A stretch of DNA of 32,000 nt from Candidatus Borrarchaeota archaeon. GTDB taxonomy: Archaea; Asgardarchaeota; Sifarchaeia; Borrarchaeales; Borrarchaeaceae. The position numbers were made by a program, and so were the translations under genes. The stretch lies in contig JAEOSO010000004.1 in the NCBI GenBank assembly GCA_016840315.1, forward strand, positions 1-32,000, given 5' to 3'. The notes below the pieces were generated by a model. That model did not search any database. It was not told the origin of the DNA and worked only from the letters and a program-made list of their open reading frames with translations. Of this stretch, positions 16,468 through 25,702 are shown piece by piece (position 1 is the first letter of the stretch; every line of letters starts with the position of its first letter).

Positions 16468-19204
16468 CCTTGTCAAGTTTTTTGTCCTTAGATGCCTTCG
16501 GAAATTCTACATAATCGCATTCTTTGTTTGGGCATTTATAATACCGTTTCTTCTGCTTAGAAAGTCTGCTAATCATGGGATATCCACATTTTGGACATGC
16601 TCGCTTAAGGGGTCTATCACCATTGTACAAGGCGACGGTGGTTTTACATTCTGGATATCTACTACAACCAAGAAATCTACCATATTTACCTATTCTTTCA
16701 ATTAACTCTCCTTCTCCACAAATAGGGCATTTAACAAATCCACTTTCGCTTTTGCGGGCTTCTTTATAATCAATTTCTTTAGTACATTCCTTGTTAGCGC
16801 ATTTATAGTATCTTTTCTTTTGTTTACTTAAACGAGAAATGATCGGCCATCCGCATTCACACACCTTTTTCAACGGTCTGTCACCAGGATAAAGTGTGAT
16901 AGTAGTTTTGCAGTCCGGGTATCGATCACACGCCAAAAACCTTCCATACTTACCTCTTCTAGTTACTAGCGCACCTTCTTCACAGACAGGGCATATTAAG
17001 CGTGATTTTTCCTCAACTACCTTTCCCTTACAATCCTCAACCTCACAATTAAAACACGGTCCGCGTTGTTTCTTTCCTTCATCTGTCTCGATTTCTTCAA
17101 TCCAGCAAATTGGACAGAGATTATATTGTACTCCTTTCGGAGAGGTCATTGTTATGATCGGTTTATCACATAAGGGGCATATGAATTTTGCAGCTCTGGG
17201 TATCCCTGCGGGAAGCGGATATGATGTTTTACATTCTTTCTTATCCGGATTAGTGCATCGTAAGTAATATCCCTTTTTTCCTTTAAAAATCTCAATTTGA
17301 TGGCCGCAGTTTGGACAATCAAATAATTCGACCTTTGGAGCGCTTTTTCTCCTTTCGCTCTCTATGGCCTCGGCTAGGGCATTTATCAAAGTTTCTTCTT
17401 TGGCTACAACTTCTTTGAAGAGTTTTTTCATGCGTTTCGACGAATCTTTGACAACAGCTTCTTTTTTTTGCTCTCCTGTCGCAACAAGATTCGTTTGGTT
17501 CTCAATATAGGCTCTGAGTTCTGGCTTTACAAGCATCTCATCTATATTTCCTAGGCCAGTGACCAGTGCAATGCCTAGCTCAGTCGGCTGAATTGATCGT
17601 CCTCTTCCAGAGATTTTAAAGTAATTTCTGTCCTTATTTGTTTTTATATGTGCCGGAATGGTCGCATCGGTTCCAATACCATTTTCGTCCATTAGTTTGA
17701 TCAATGCAGCCTCTGTAAGAGGAAACGGTGGTTGTGTTTTGCCCTCTTTCATTTCAAGACTTGATACACTGACCTCGTCGCCTTCCTTAAGAGCTGGTAA
17801 CGATTTCTCAGCAATTTTTCTAAATGGGTAAATTTCCAGAAAACCCTTATCCTTTATTTGCTTTCCAGTTAGGTTAAACATTTCATCGCCGATCTGGATG
17901 ACTATTTTCGTCTCCATATATACTGCAGGCATGCTCATAGTTGCTAAGAAATGCCTTACAATCATATCATATATTGCCCATACTTCGTTTTTGTTAAATT
18001 TTACGACCTCTGGTAGCTTTTCCAATTCATTGATTTCAATACTCTTTGTAGGATGAATTGGAGGATGCGCTTTGTCGTCTCGCTTGCCTCGTGTTGCGCG
18101 AATACGCTTTGAAAGTAATTTTGATGCATAACCACCCCATTCGGAGTGGTCAACATGCTGCTCAAGCAATCTTTTAAGAGAGAAGGTTCTCGGATAGATT
18201 TCCGTTTCGGTTCTCGGATAACTTATAATTCCTGCATTATAAAGGCGTTCTGCGATTTCCATAGCTCGCTCTGATGCAATATGCAAGTGTTTTGCCGCCA
18301 TACTGACGAATGTTACCGTGTTCATGGGTTTTGGAGGCCAGAACTTCTTTTCTTGGGCCGATAATTCTACAACTGTTCCTTTCTTTTCTGTTTTTAACGC
18401 ATCAAAAATTTTCTTACACTCTTTTTTGTTATCCAGACGATCTTTCTGCCATTTGAGATCGTACAGAGTTTTTTTAATCTCAATTTGTGCATAAATATAA
18501 AAGAATGGTTCTGGAACAAACGCTTCACGTTCTAGATGTCGTTCAACAACAAAAAATAATGTAACAGACTGGCAAGGTCCCCAACTCAATAATTTGGGCG
18601 CTGTACCCGGGTTAATTTTTCGTACTCCCAATGTTTGAAAACGAGTAAATGCACTTCCTGATCGTAAATCAACTTCCTGTCGGGCTTCTACTTTTCGCAC
18701 AATATTATCATCCAAAGTTGTTGTACTCGCCTCATTTAACGCCTTTTGTATGTCTTTTTGTGTCACAGCAGAAAAACGCATACGGCGTACTGTGATATTT
18801 GGATTTACCTCTATTATAATATCCGCAATGTCATGGCCAATTTTCTCACCTTCAGAATCAGCATCAGTAGCTATTATGAGTTCTTCAACATCCTTACCTA
18901 ACGTTTGAAGTTGTTTAATCACTTTGGGGATTTCCTTATTAGTCTCGTTGACGCGGTACCGAGTCGGTGCATCAAATAAAGTTTCTGGATCAACCTTATC
19001 CCATTTGTTGTACTCTTCCTCAAAATCCAATGAATAAACATGACCTAGAACTGAAGTTATAGTTATTTCGTCATCGTCGAGTTTAAATCGATGAATAGGA
19101 GTGTATTTACTCATACCTTTCTTTTTAGTCACGTTTTTCTTTCCCAATATGTAGGAAATTCTTCTAGCAATGCTAGGCTTCTCCGTAACAATTAATATCT
19201 GCAT
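16460..19204 (-). CDS. topA: DNA topoisomerase, type IA (TopA / Topo III-like) with 6-7 C-terminal zinc ribbons
   Basis: Toprim N-terminus MQILIVTEKPSIARRI, DADSEGE acidic cluster, active-site Tyr context GIISYPRTET. C-terminal repeats of CPxC...GKYGRFL.C.RYP.CK type. Confidence 0.95.
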   Translation of the reverse strand: MQILIVTEKPSIARRISYILGKKNVTKKKGMSKYTPIHRFKLDDDEITITSVLGHVYSLDFEEEYNKWDKVDPETLFDAPTRYRVNETNKEIPKVIKQLQTLGKDVEELIIATDADSEGEKIGHDIADIIIEVNPNITVRRMRFSAVTQKDIQKALNEASTTTLDDNIVRKVEARQEVDLRSGSAFTRFQTLGVRKINPGTAPKLLSWGPCQSVTLFFVVERHLEREAFVPEPFFYIYAQIEIKKTLYDLKWQKDRLDNKKECKKIFDALKTEKKGTVVELSAQEKKFWPPKPMNTVTFVSMAAKHLHIASERAMEIAERLYNAGIISYPRTETEIYPRTFSLKRLLEQHVDHSEWGGYASKLLSKRIRATRGKRDDKAHPPIHPTKSIEINELEKLPEVVKFNKNEVWAIYDMIVRHFLATMSMPAVYMETKIVIQIGDEMFNLTGKQIKDKGFLEIYPFRKIAEKSLPALKEGDEVSVSSLEMKEGKTQPPFPLTEAALIKLMDENGIGTDATIPAHIKTNKDRNYFKISGRGRSIQPTELGIALVTGLGNIDEMLVKPELRAYIENQTNLVATGEQKKEAVVKDSSKRMKKLFKEVVAKEETLINALAEAIESERRKSAPKVELFDCPNCGHQIEIFKGKKGYYLRCTNPDKKECKTSYPLPAGIPRAAKFICPLCDKPIITMTSPKGVQYNLCPICWIEEIETDEGKKQRGPCFNCEVEDCKGKVVEEKSRLICPVCEEGALVTRRGKYGRFLACDRYPDCKTTITLYPGDRPLKKVCECGWPIISRLSKQKKRYYKCANKECTKEIDYKEARKSESGFVKCPICGEGELIERIGKYGRFLGCSRYPECKTTVALYNGDRPLKRACPKCGYPMISRLSKQKKRYYKCPNKECDYVEFPKASKDKKLDKDD

Positions 19205-19477
19205 TTGCTCATACCTTTCTCTTTAGTGACTTTTTTGCATTTACCATGCCTCAATGAGATTAACAGTTTTGCTCCTCTGTAAAACTCAGGTAGATTTGCG
19301 TTGTATAAAAATAAAAACATAACGATTGTGACGATTCAAATCAGCTTTCGCTTGATCTATTGTTTAAAAGTTGGCGAAGTCTTGCTTTAGTGAGTGTCGA
19401 AAAATTGGAGTATACTAAGATATCGAAGAATGCTCATTGAATTTTTTAAATTTTGACTCATGATGAATTTCGATATG

Positions 19478-19485
19478 TTTAAATA
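19478..19485 (+). promoter_or_regulatory. Candidate TATA box (TTTAAATA) for the Sm gene
   Basis: AT-rich octamer 51 nt upstream of ATG 19536. The leader would contain the AGGTGA SD. Similar TTTAAATA/TTTAATAT motifs precede rpl22 and srp54. No transcript data. Confidence 0.3.
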
Positions 19486-19535
19486 TCAACTAAATGTGAA
19501 GTTATTAAGTTTTTCAGTTTTGTAGGTGAATAATC

Positions 19536-19811
19536 ATGTCTTCCGAAAGGCTACCATTGAAGAAGCTTATGCATACAGTAAATTCGTTAATAATTATTAG
19601 GCTTAAAGATAATAGAGAATTCCGAGGGCGACTCCGTAGTGTTGACAACTATATGAACTCTATCCTGAGCGATGCCATCGAAATGAAGGGTGGCAACAAA
19701 CTCGCTAAGTACGGAGAAGTGTTTATCAGGGGCAATAACATACTTTGGATTCAGACCGAATGGGAAGAGACTGAAGAGACTGAAGAGACTGAAGAGACTG
19801 AAGAAGAGTAA
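19536..19811 (+). CDS. Sm-like archaeal protein (SmAP/LSm) with acidic (EET)n C-terminal tail
   Basis: Sm1 motif IIIRLKDNREFRGRLRSVDNYMNSILSDAIE and Sm2 motif EVFIRGNNILWIQ. Tail is EWEETEETEETEETEEE. Confidence 0.9.
   Translation: MSSERLPLKKLMHTVNSLIIIRLKDNREFRGRLRSVDNYMNSILSDAIEMKGGNKLAKYGEVFIRGNNILWIQTEWEETEETEETEETEEE
19764..19808 (+). repeat. Tandem 9-bp repeat (gaagagact x4 plus a degenerate fifth unit gaagaagag) encoding the Sm tail
   Basis: Perfect units at 19764, 19773, 19782 and 19791. In frame, they encode EET. Confidence 0.95.
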
Positions 19812-19979
19812 TAGCGCCTTTAAACCAATTGAAATGGGGGAGGATTGGCGAAAGTTAATTATATGCTTTAATCCTCAACATTACGTAATTTCCTAGATTT
19901 AGAAAAAATAATTACTTCGTATTTTAGGATATGCATTGACTAAAGTTTTCTCATTCATCCTTTAACAAATTAAGGTACG

Positions 19980-20546
19980 ATGGTTATGGGTGAATTAGGC
20001 GGAGTTTCTCATAAGAAACGCATTATGATGCTTTACGAAGAACCCGAATATGTTAAAACTTACGATAGACGATATTACAAAATTCAACTTGCCAAATATG
20101 AGACGCTCTTACCTTATCTCAATCATAATCCCCCAAATTGGATTTTGGACGTCGGTGTTGGTACTGGCTTATTTTTAGAGAAAATAGAGCAGTGGGCGAT
20201 GATCGTTGGTGTTGATATATCCTTGAATATGTTACGAATAGCAAAAAAAAGAGTAAAAAACTATTCACATATTGAATTAATTTTAGCAGATGCAGATTAT
20301 CTCCCATTTAAAGAGAACATTTTTCCAATTGTTACTACTTTTACATTACTTCAAAATGTACCAAATCCTTTAGAGACTATCAAAGAACTTTTTCGTGTAA
20401 GTGATAAGTTAGTTGCTATAACGGTTTTGAAGAAGAAAATAAATGCACTGTCCCTTAAGAAATTACTCAAAAAATCAGGGGTTAAAAAATTTAACATTAT
20501 AGAGAGGAAAAGTGAAGACATTTTTGCGATTTGTAATGTAACTTGA
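19980..20546 (+). CDS. Class I SAM-dependent methyltransferase
   Basis: Motif I ILDVGVGTGLF, post-I VGVDIS, then ADADYLPF (Methyltransf_11-like). Confidence 0.85.
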   Translation: MVMGELGGVSHKKRIMMLYEEPEYVKTYDRRYYKIQLAKYETLLPYLNHNPPNWILDVGVGTGLFLEKIEQWAMIVGVDISLNMLRIAKKRVKNYSHIELILADADYLPFKENIFPIVTTFTLLQNVPNPLETIKELFRVSDKLVAITVLKKKINALSLKKLLKKSGVKKFNIIERKSEDIFAICNVT

Positions 20547-20551
20547 CATAT

Positions 20552-22657
20552 TTAATGTCCTGAATCTTCTGGGAAGACGCCGTCCATCTCTTCTAATTTC
20601 TGCTTTCTATATTGATCAATTATCTTTTGTAACATATCTTGCGTCGTGTCTTTCATAATTTGCTCATAGACTTTTTTCCATTCCGCAAGTTTCTCTTCCA
20701 ACTCACTTTTGTCGATTATCGCAAACTCATCTACACTTTTCAACGTTTTAAGCGTATTTCTGTCGATTAATGGCATTTTACTTTCTATGAAATGGATTCT
20801 TGCAATATGAGACATCTTATCAACGTCTGTAATTATCGCCTTAATATCAAATGATACTAAAAGTTCTGCTGTAGATTTTGAGCCTCCTGATGGATTTAAA
20901 AGCAGACAAGTGTCTCCTTTTTTGATCCCGACTTCTTCCTTTACCTTATTAATACCCTCGGTGCTAAAAGTTTCGATAATTCGGAGAGGGACTGTAATTC
21001 CTCGAGTTTCAAGTATCTTTAACCTCCTCAAATCACTAAACTTTGAACGCAACTTTGAAATTTCATCTTTCAATTCTAACTCTTGTTTTCTGAGGCGGCC
21101 TATCTCTTCTTCTCTGAGTTGTATTTCTCTTAACTTTTTTAGTTCTGCTCTCTCTTTTGATCGAAGTAATTTGATCTTTTGTTGTAAGTCTTCTCTTATA
21201 TTTTCTAAATCACTTATTTTAGCGGCATAGATTTCATTTTGCGTCTTTAAATGATCAAATTGTTCTTCTTGCAGTTTAATTTTTACTCGTAATTCTGAAA
21301 TCTTTGCTTCCATTTGTTCAGGGGTTAAACGCTCCTCTAATTCTTCTTCTATTACGGGTTCTTCTTTTTCTTCCGTTAAAAGGCGATCAATGGCATCCTT
21401 TATTGATATGTCTTCTCGTACAACTAGGGCCTTTACATTATCGATAAATGAGGAAGAAATCGGAATTTTAACATCCAGTTTTTTTATAGTAGCCTCAATG
21501 CGGTCAAATACATTTTTGTATGAAGAAAATGTGTTAAGTGCAGCCACTAAAGCGTCGCGTTCGTGACTATTTGACGGTTTAGTGACATTTGCTTCATTAA
21601 ATGTACGAATCATGGCATTTTTCTCACTAACAGTAAGTGTTTTCGGTGCAGAGTGTATTTTTGCATTGAATTTGGTTGAAAGCGTCTGAACAAAAGCTGG
21701 TATAGTAGTAACATCGGTAGCTATGATAGTGGCTGTTCCGTATTCCGAAATTCTCCTTACTACATCACCTCTGGATAGACCTTTTGCACTGTCAAGTAGG
21801 ATCAGGTTTTTACGCAAATCCATAATTGCAATGCCCACAGTAACGCCAGGATCAATTCCAACAATTAATTTCTTCGTTTTAGTAATAGTTGGCTGCACAG
21901 GGACGTCAGTACTCCCTAGCGGTATGAATTCAATTCGTTTCCTCTTAACAGGGCGTATTTTGATTTGAACGTCAGGGCCCTTTGATTGTTTGATAATACC
22001 GCTAAGTTTATCCCGAGACGCATAAACTCGAAACCCAGCTCTCTCTAATCCATAAGCGGAATCTTTTGTTGCAAGGTCAAAGTCTAATTCAGATTTCTTT
22101 AAACGATCTTGAATTTCCTTTGCCGCTCCTTGAATAAGGGCACTTATTCTACGATGATATCTATCTTGAGACCATCCTCCTGCTCCTCCTAAAGAACGGG
22201 CTCTTGTTATATGGATATCTACCTCAGGTTCGAATGGAGATGCTATATATCCCACATTTTTATGTGCCAATCGAGCGCATACTTCAGCTTCTTCTAATGC
22301 TGTGCCTTTACCTGATAGAGGAATACCGTATCGATTCGCAACTCTGTTCAACGGTTCCATTCCATGCGATGGGTGTGGTGATCCGGTAACTTGAATAAGT
22401 TTAGTAGTCGGAGAAAGACGAGCTAAAAATGCTACTAATGCGGCCTTAGTTGGTGCCAATTCATAGATATTATCGATTGCTAAGATTTCTGCATTTATTT
22501 CTTTAATCAGTTTAACAAGGCGATATTTTGTGATAGAAGCATATTTTTCTTTAATGATATTTTTTTGCAGAACTACCGCAGCAAACTTGGGAGGGGATTT
22601 GACAGAAGAACTTTGAGGGAGTATGTCAACACCCACTATGATCCGTCTATCTTCCAT
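20552..22657 (-). CDS. Uncharacterised archaeal protein, COG2433/DUF460-like: two RNase-H-fold (RuvC/YqgF-like) modules, long coiled coil, C-terminal alpha/beta domain
   Basis: IIVGVD...ILAIDN in module 1. LIVGIDPGVTVGIAIMD, TIIATD and HERDALVAA in module 2. A roughly 110-aa E/K/L/R heptad-rich stretch follows. GGTGAT SD before ATG 22657. Confidence 0.75.
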   Translation of the reverse strand: MEDRRIIVGVDILPQSSSVKSPPKFAAVVLQKNIIKEKYASITKYRLVKLIKEINAEILAIDNIYELAPTKAALVAFLARLSPTTKLIQVTGSPHPSHGMEPLNRVANRYGIPLSGKGTALEEAEVCARLAHKNVGYIASPFEPEVDIHITRARSLGGAGGWSQDRYHRRISALIQGAAKEIQDRLKKSELDFDLATKDSAYGLERAGFRVYASRDKLSGIIKQSKGPDVQIKIRPVKRKRIEFIPLGSTDVPVQPTITKTKKLIVGIDPGVTVGIAIMDLRKNLILLDSAKGLSRGDVVRRISEYGTATIIATDVTTIPAFVQTLSTKFNAKIHSAPKTLTVSEKNAMIRTFNEANVTKPSNSHERDALVAALNTFSSYKNVFDRIEATIKKLDVKIPISSSFIDNVKALVVREDISIKDAIDRLLTEEKEEPVIEEELEERLTPEQMEAKISELRVKIKLQEEQFDHLKTQNEIYAAKISDLENIREDLQQKIKLLRSKERAELKKLREIQLREEEIGRLRKQELELKDEISKLRSKFSDLRRLKILETRGITVPLRIIETFSTEGINKVKEEVGIKKGDTCLLLNPSGGSKSTAELLVSFDIKAIITDVDKMSHIARIHFIESKMPLIDRNTLKTLKSVDEFAIIDKSELEEKLAEWKKVYEQIMKDTTQDMLQKIIDQYRKQKLEEMDGVFPEDSGH

Positions 22658-22786
22658 GGAATCACCAATTGTGAACCCCCCATCCTTTGTTTAGGGATTC
22701 ACTTAGCGTGCAACTTCTATAGAGTTTTTAGCGCTATATGAATTATAGGAAGTAAAGTTAATTTTTATTTCGATGGTGGAAAACAT

Positions 22787-23668
22787 TTAATTCTCTTTCA
22801 AGTAGTTTATTACCGAAATAAGGAATTCAGAAATTCCAAATCTTTTCTTGAAAAAAGTTAATACGTTGTGTACGTCGCGCTTAAGTAGCATTTCAGCGTT
22901 TGGATGCGTCTGATTTACCCACTGAGGCCAATCAATAATTATGGTATTATATTCGGGCGTAATAAGTATGTTAAATTCGCTCAGATCGGCATGGATGATT
23001 CCGCATGAGTGGTAAATTGTTTTCATTATTTCAATGATCTTAGTCAGTATGACTGTAGGTTCTTCTATCTCTAAGATGTTGGATAGTTCCTCACCTTCAA
23101 TCAGTTCCATAGCTACGCAATGCCTATTTTGTCCTATTGGCTCAGGAACAGATGATATGACGGGGTGGATTCTCTTTAATGCTACATACTCTCGTCTTGC
23201 AGCTATTTGTGACTCTTGCAGCCATGAGAGATGTTTTCTGCCGGCAGTATATGACCGAAGTCGTCTTGTTTGGCGAAAACTGATCCTTCCCAGTCGATGG
23301 AATTTGATCGCAACGCTTCTTTTTTCGGGCGTGAGTGCTTCATAAACATCAGATTCCTTTCCTACACCTATAGGCATTCCAATAGCCTCTATAGTATTTG
23401 CACGAACTAAAGCATTAAGGGCTAAACTATCATGCCCATTGGAATTTAGTTCAAACCCTATATATCCCCCTATCCAGCGGATGACCAGTTCAAGTTGATG
23501 TAGCTTATCAAGTCGGAAGATTACTTCGTCCTCAGGAAATCCTGAGATTATTGAGATGATTTTGACGGGAACGTGTTCATGTGACCGCATACCCTGCTCA
23601 ATTGCTTCGAGGATTCTAAAATCATCTTTATCCAACTGTTTAAAGGATTTAATAGCCTTTTGTGACAT
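22787..23668 (-). CDS. rio2: RIO-type serine/threonine kinase, Rio2 (N-terminal winged helix)
   Basis: wHTH N-terminus (FRILEAIEQGMRSHEHVP), GVGKESDVYEA, VAIKFHRLG, catalytic IIHADLSEFNILI, IIDWPQ. ATG 23668 is preferred to TTG 23680. Confidence 0.9.
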   Translation of the reverse strand: MSQKAIKSFKQLDKDDFRILEAIEQGMRSHEHVPVKIISIISGFPEDEVIFRLDKLHQLELVIRWIGGYIGFELNSNGHDSLALNALVRANTIEAIGMPIGVGKESDVYEALTPEKRSVAIKFHRLGRISFRQTRRLRSYTAGRKHLSWLQESQIAARREYVALKRIHPVISSVPEPIGQNRHCVAMELIEGEELSNILEIEEPTVILTKIIEIMKTIYHSCGIIHADLSEFNILITPEYNTIIIDWPQWVNQTHPNAEMLLKRDVHNVLTFFKKRFGISEFLISVINYLKEN

Positions 23669-23825
23669 TTCTAAACCCAATTAAACCATTTTTGATCAGA
23701 CGCAGTAAATTCCTACCAGAGATTTTCTTAGAGCGAGTCATTTAGTTACTAGTTCTTTGATAAGACATTTGTCTGATGAACAAAACATATTTAGATAAGT
23801 TTAAGAAACCATTATAAATATAAAA

Positions 23826-23839
23826 CATATATATATATG
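23826..23839 (+). promoter_or_regulatory. CATATATATATATG palindrome / TATA-box candidate upstream of the ArsR-family gene
   Basis: Perfect 14-nt (TA)-palindrome 60 nt upstream of ATG 23899, consistent with a TATA at about -26 and a short SD-containing leader. Confidence 0.3.
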
Positions 23840-23898
23840 AAAACCCCTTTATGGTGACTGTTTTCTAAACTCTTTGATTCCAATAAGGTGTACAAGTG

Positions 23899-24177
23899 AT
23901 GTCTAAGGACTTGATTGTGAAAGAAGAAAATGTCTCAAAAGTTACCAAGGCGCTTTCTAGCAAAACCCGATGGGAAATCCTAAAGTTATTAAAAGCAGAG
24001 GCGCTTGATGTAAGTAGAATTGCAGAAAGGCTTGGACAGACTGAAGCTAACATCTCCGCACAGATCAAAATCATAGAGAACGCAGGGCTTATCGAAACCC
24101 ATTATGAACCGGGAGTACATGGCGTTCGAAAAGTGTGTAAGCCTGCTGTAGAACGAATTATTCTTATTATAGAGTAA
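23899..24177 (+). CDS. ArsR-family winged-helix transcriptional regulator
   Basis: ALSSKTRWEILKLLKAEALDVSRIAERLGQTEANISAQIKIIENAGLIE is a typical ArsR HTH. AAGGTG SD 7 nt upstream of the ATG. Confidence 0.8.
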   Translation: MSKDLIVKEENVSKVTKALSSKTRWEILKLLKAEALDVSRIAERLGQTEANISAQIKIIENAGLIETHYEPGVHGVRKVCKPAVERIILIIE

Positions 24178-24179
24178 GC

Positions 24180-25685
24180 CTAAGTGTTTTTTTTCTCATA
24201 TCTCTTTGCGACATCCTCTAATGGTATTGAAATCGAAGGAGAAGGCGAATATCGTTTTCGCACTCGTATAAATATTGGATGTGACACAGCGCTGCCTGAA
24301 ACAAGTGCTTCACCAATGTTGAGCGTTGTAAGGGCATCAAGTGATGATTTATCAATCGTCTCGCTACTTTGACCTATAAGCTTCAAGTCGTATGGGTTCG
24401 TTATTCGCAGATAAATTTGGCTGTTTAACTGGCTAAGCACAGTAGTACTTAAGCGTACTGGACGCTGTGAGATTAACACTAATGAAGCATAGAACTTTCG
24501 ACCCTCTCTAGCAATCGTTTCAATAATACCCTTTGATATGGCAGGCCCTTCTGGGCAGAATTGATGAGCCTCCTCTAGAATAAAAACGAAGGGTGGGATT
24601 TCTCCTCGCTTTCTCAAATTAAATAAACGATTAATTAAGTAATTAACTATTATCTGCTTTTTTCGTAAACTTATAATTTCACGAAGATCGAAGATCGTGG
24701 CTTCACCAACTCGAATATTTGCTTTTAGTGAAGGATTTTCCTCAACCCCGAACAGGCGTGTATTTTCTAGGTCATAAAACCATCCCATCATTGCCTCTTT
24801 TGTTCTTGGATTCATTTCACTTTGTTCAACCATTCCAATTAGTTCATTTAAATCGTAGGGTTTTCCAGTTTTACCACTCCTGCTTCTCAATTTTTTGATA
24901 ATCTGATTTAATTCCCTTATTTGTACGTAGCTCATGTTCGGTTGAAAACTCGCAAAGTTGTAACTGGTCAGTTTAGGGACTGCAAGTTGAATATAAGGAC
25001 CATTGATGACCGTAGTTTTCTCAGAAAACTTATACGTATCCGTGTCAGAAGTTGTGGCCAAGCTGGTATATTCTCCATGAACATCTAGAATAATTACAGC
25101 AACCCTTCCTTGTTCTGGCTTTCTCAATAACAATTCTTCAATAAGGACGGAGGTTAGGTAACTTTTACCTGCCCCTGAAATTGCAAGGATTGCCACATGT
25201 TTTTGAAATAATCTCGTGAGATTGAGCGTAACTGGAACATCATGATGGAGTAATTGCCCGAGATTGACACCCGAGGGATCTAATCCTAATACCTGTAGTA
25301 GCATCTCAGGAGACGCTAAAAAAACTTTATCCCCAGGTCCTGGAGGAAAAGTAACACGCTCTAGCCTTCCCGATTGGGAGATCCTGCCCATAGGCTTTCC
25401 TTCAGCAAGTATATACTCCCACCGCTCTGTGGGCAGAATAAAAGAAAGATGTCCGGCGCTCCTTTCGTATTCTTTTACGGCTTCTGCGCTCTCGAAATAT
25501 CGATTCGTCTTTAAGATGTTCGTAACAGTAGCGATAAGTGTACCATCAACATCAGCGCTTTCAACAGCGATGAACTGACCTTTTCTCAGCGGCACTGAAT
25601 TTTCAATTTCTGTGATGACTAATTTGAATTCACTTGGTGTTGGTGAATCCCTCGCTGCAATAACCGTACCTATCGGCTCTTTCAT
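24180..25685 (-). CDS. herA: HerA-type hexameric ATPase/helicase (HAS barrel plus FtsK/RecA-like ATPase)
   Basis: N-terminal barrel (PIGTVIAARDSPTPSEFKLVI...GQFIAV), Walker A LAISGAGKSY, Walker B VFILEEAHQF, LVLISQRP. Lies 17 nt downstream of nurA. Confidence 0.85.
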   Translation of the reverse strand: MKEPIGTVIAARDSPTPSEFKLVITEIENSVPLRKGQFIAVESADVDGTLIATVTNILKTNRYFESAEAVKEYERSAGHLSFILPTERWEYILAEGKPMGRISQSGRLERVTFPPGPGDKVFLASPEMLLQVLGLDPSGVNLGQLLHHDVPVTLNLTRLFQKHVAILAISGAGKSYLTSVLIEELLLRKPEQGRVAVIILDVHGEYTSLATTSDTDTYKFSEKTTVINGPYIQLAVPKLTSYNFASFQPNMSYVQIRELNQIIKKLRSRSGKTGKPYDLNELIGMVEQSEMNPRTKEAMMGWFYDLENTRLFGVEENPSLKANIRVGEATIFDLREIISLRKKQIIVNYLINRLFNLRKRGEIPPFVFILEEAHQFCPEGPAISKGIIETIAREGRKFYASLVLISQRPVRLSTTVLSQLNSQIYLRITNPYDLKLIGQSSETIDKSSLDALTTLNIGEALVSGSAVSHPIFIRVRKRYSPSPSISIPLEDVAKRYEKKNT

Positions 25686-25702
25686 CTTTTATCTCACTTT
25701 TT

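Noticed and set aside
16575-17267. Two plus-strand ORFs with similar sequences (…LPYLP…)
   Set aside because: They are antisense images of the duplicated zinc-ribbon modules of topA.
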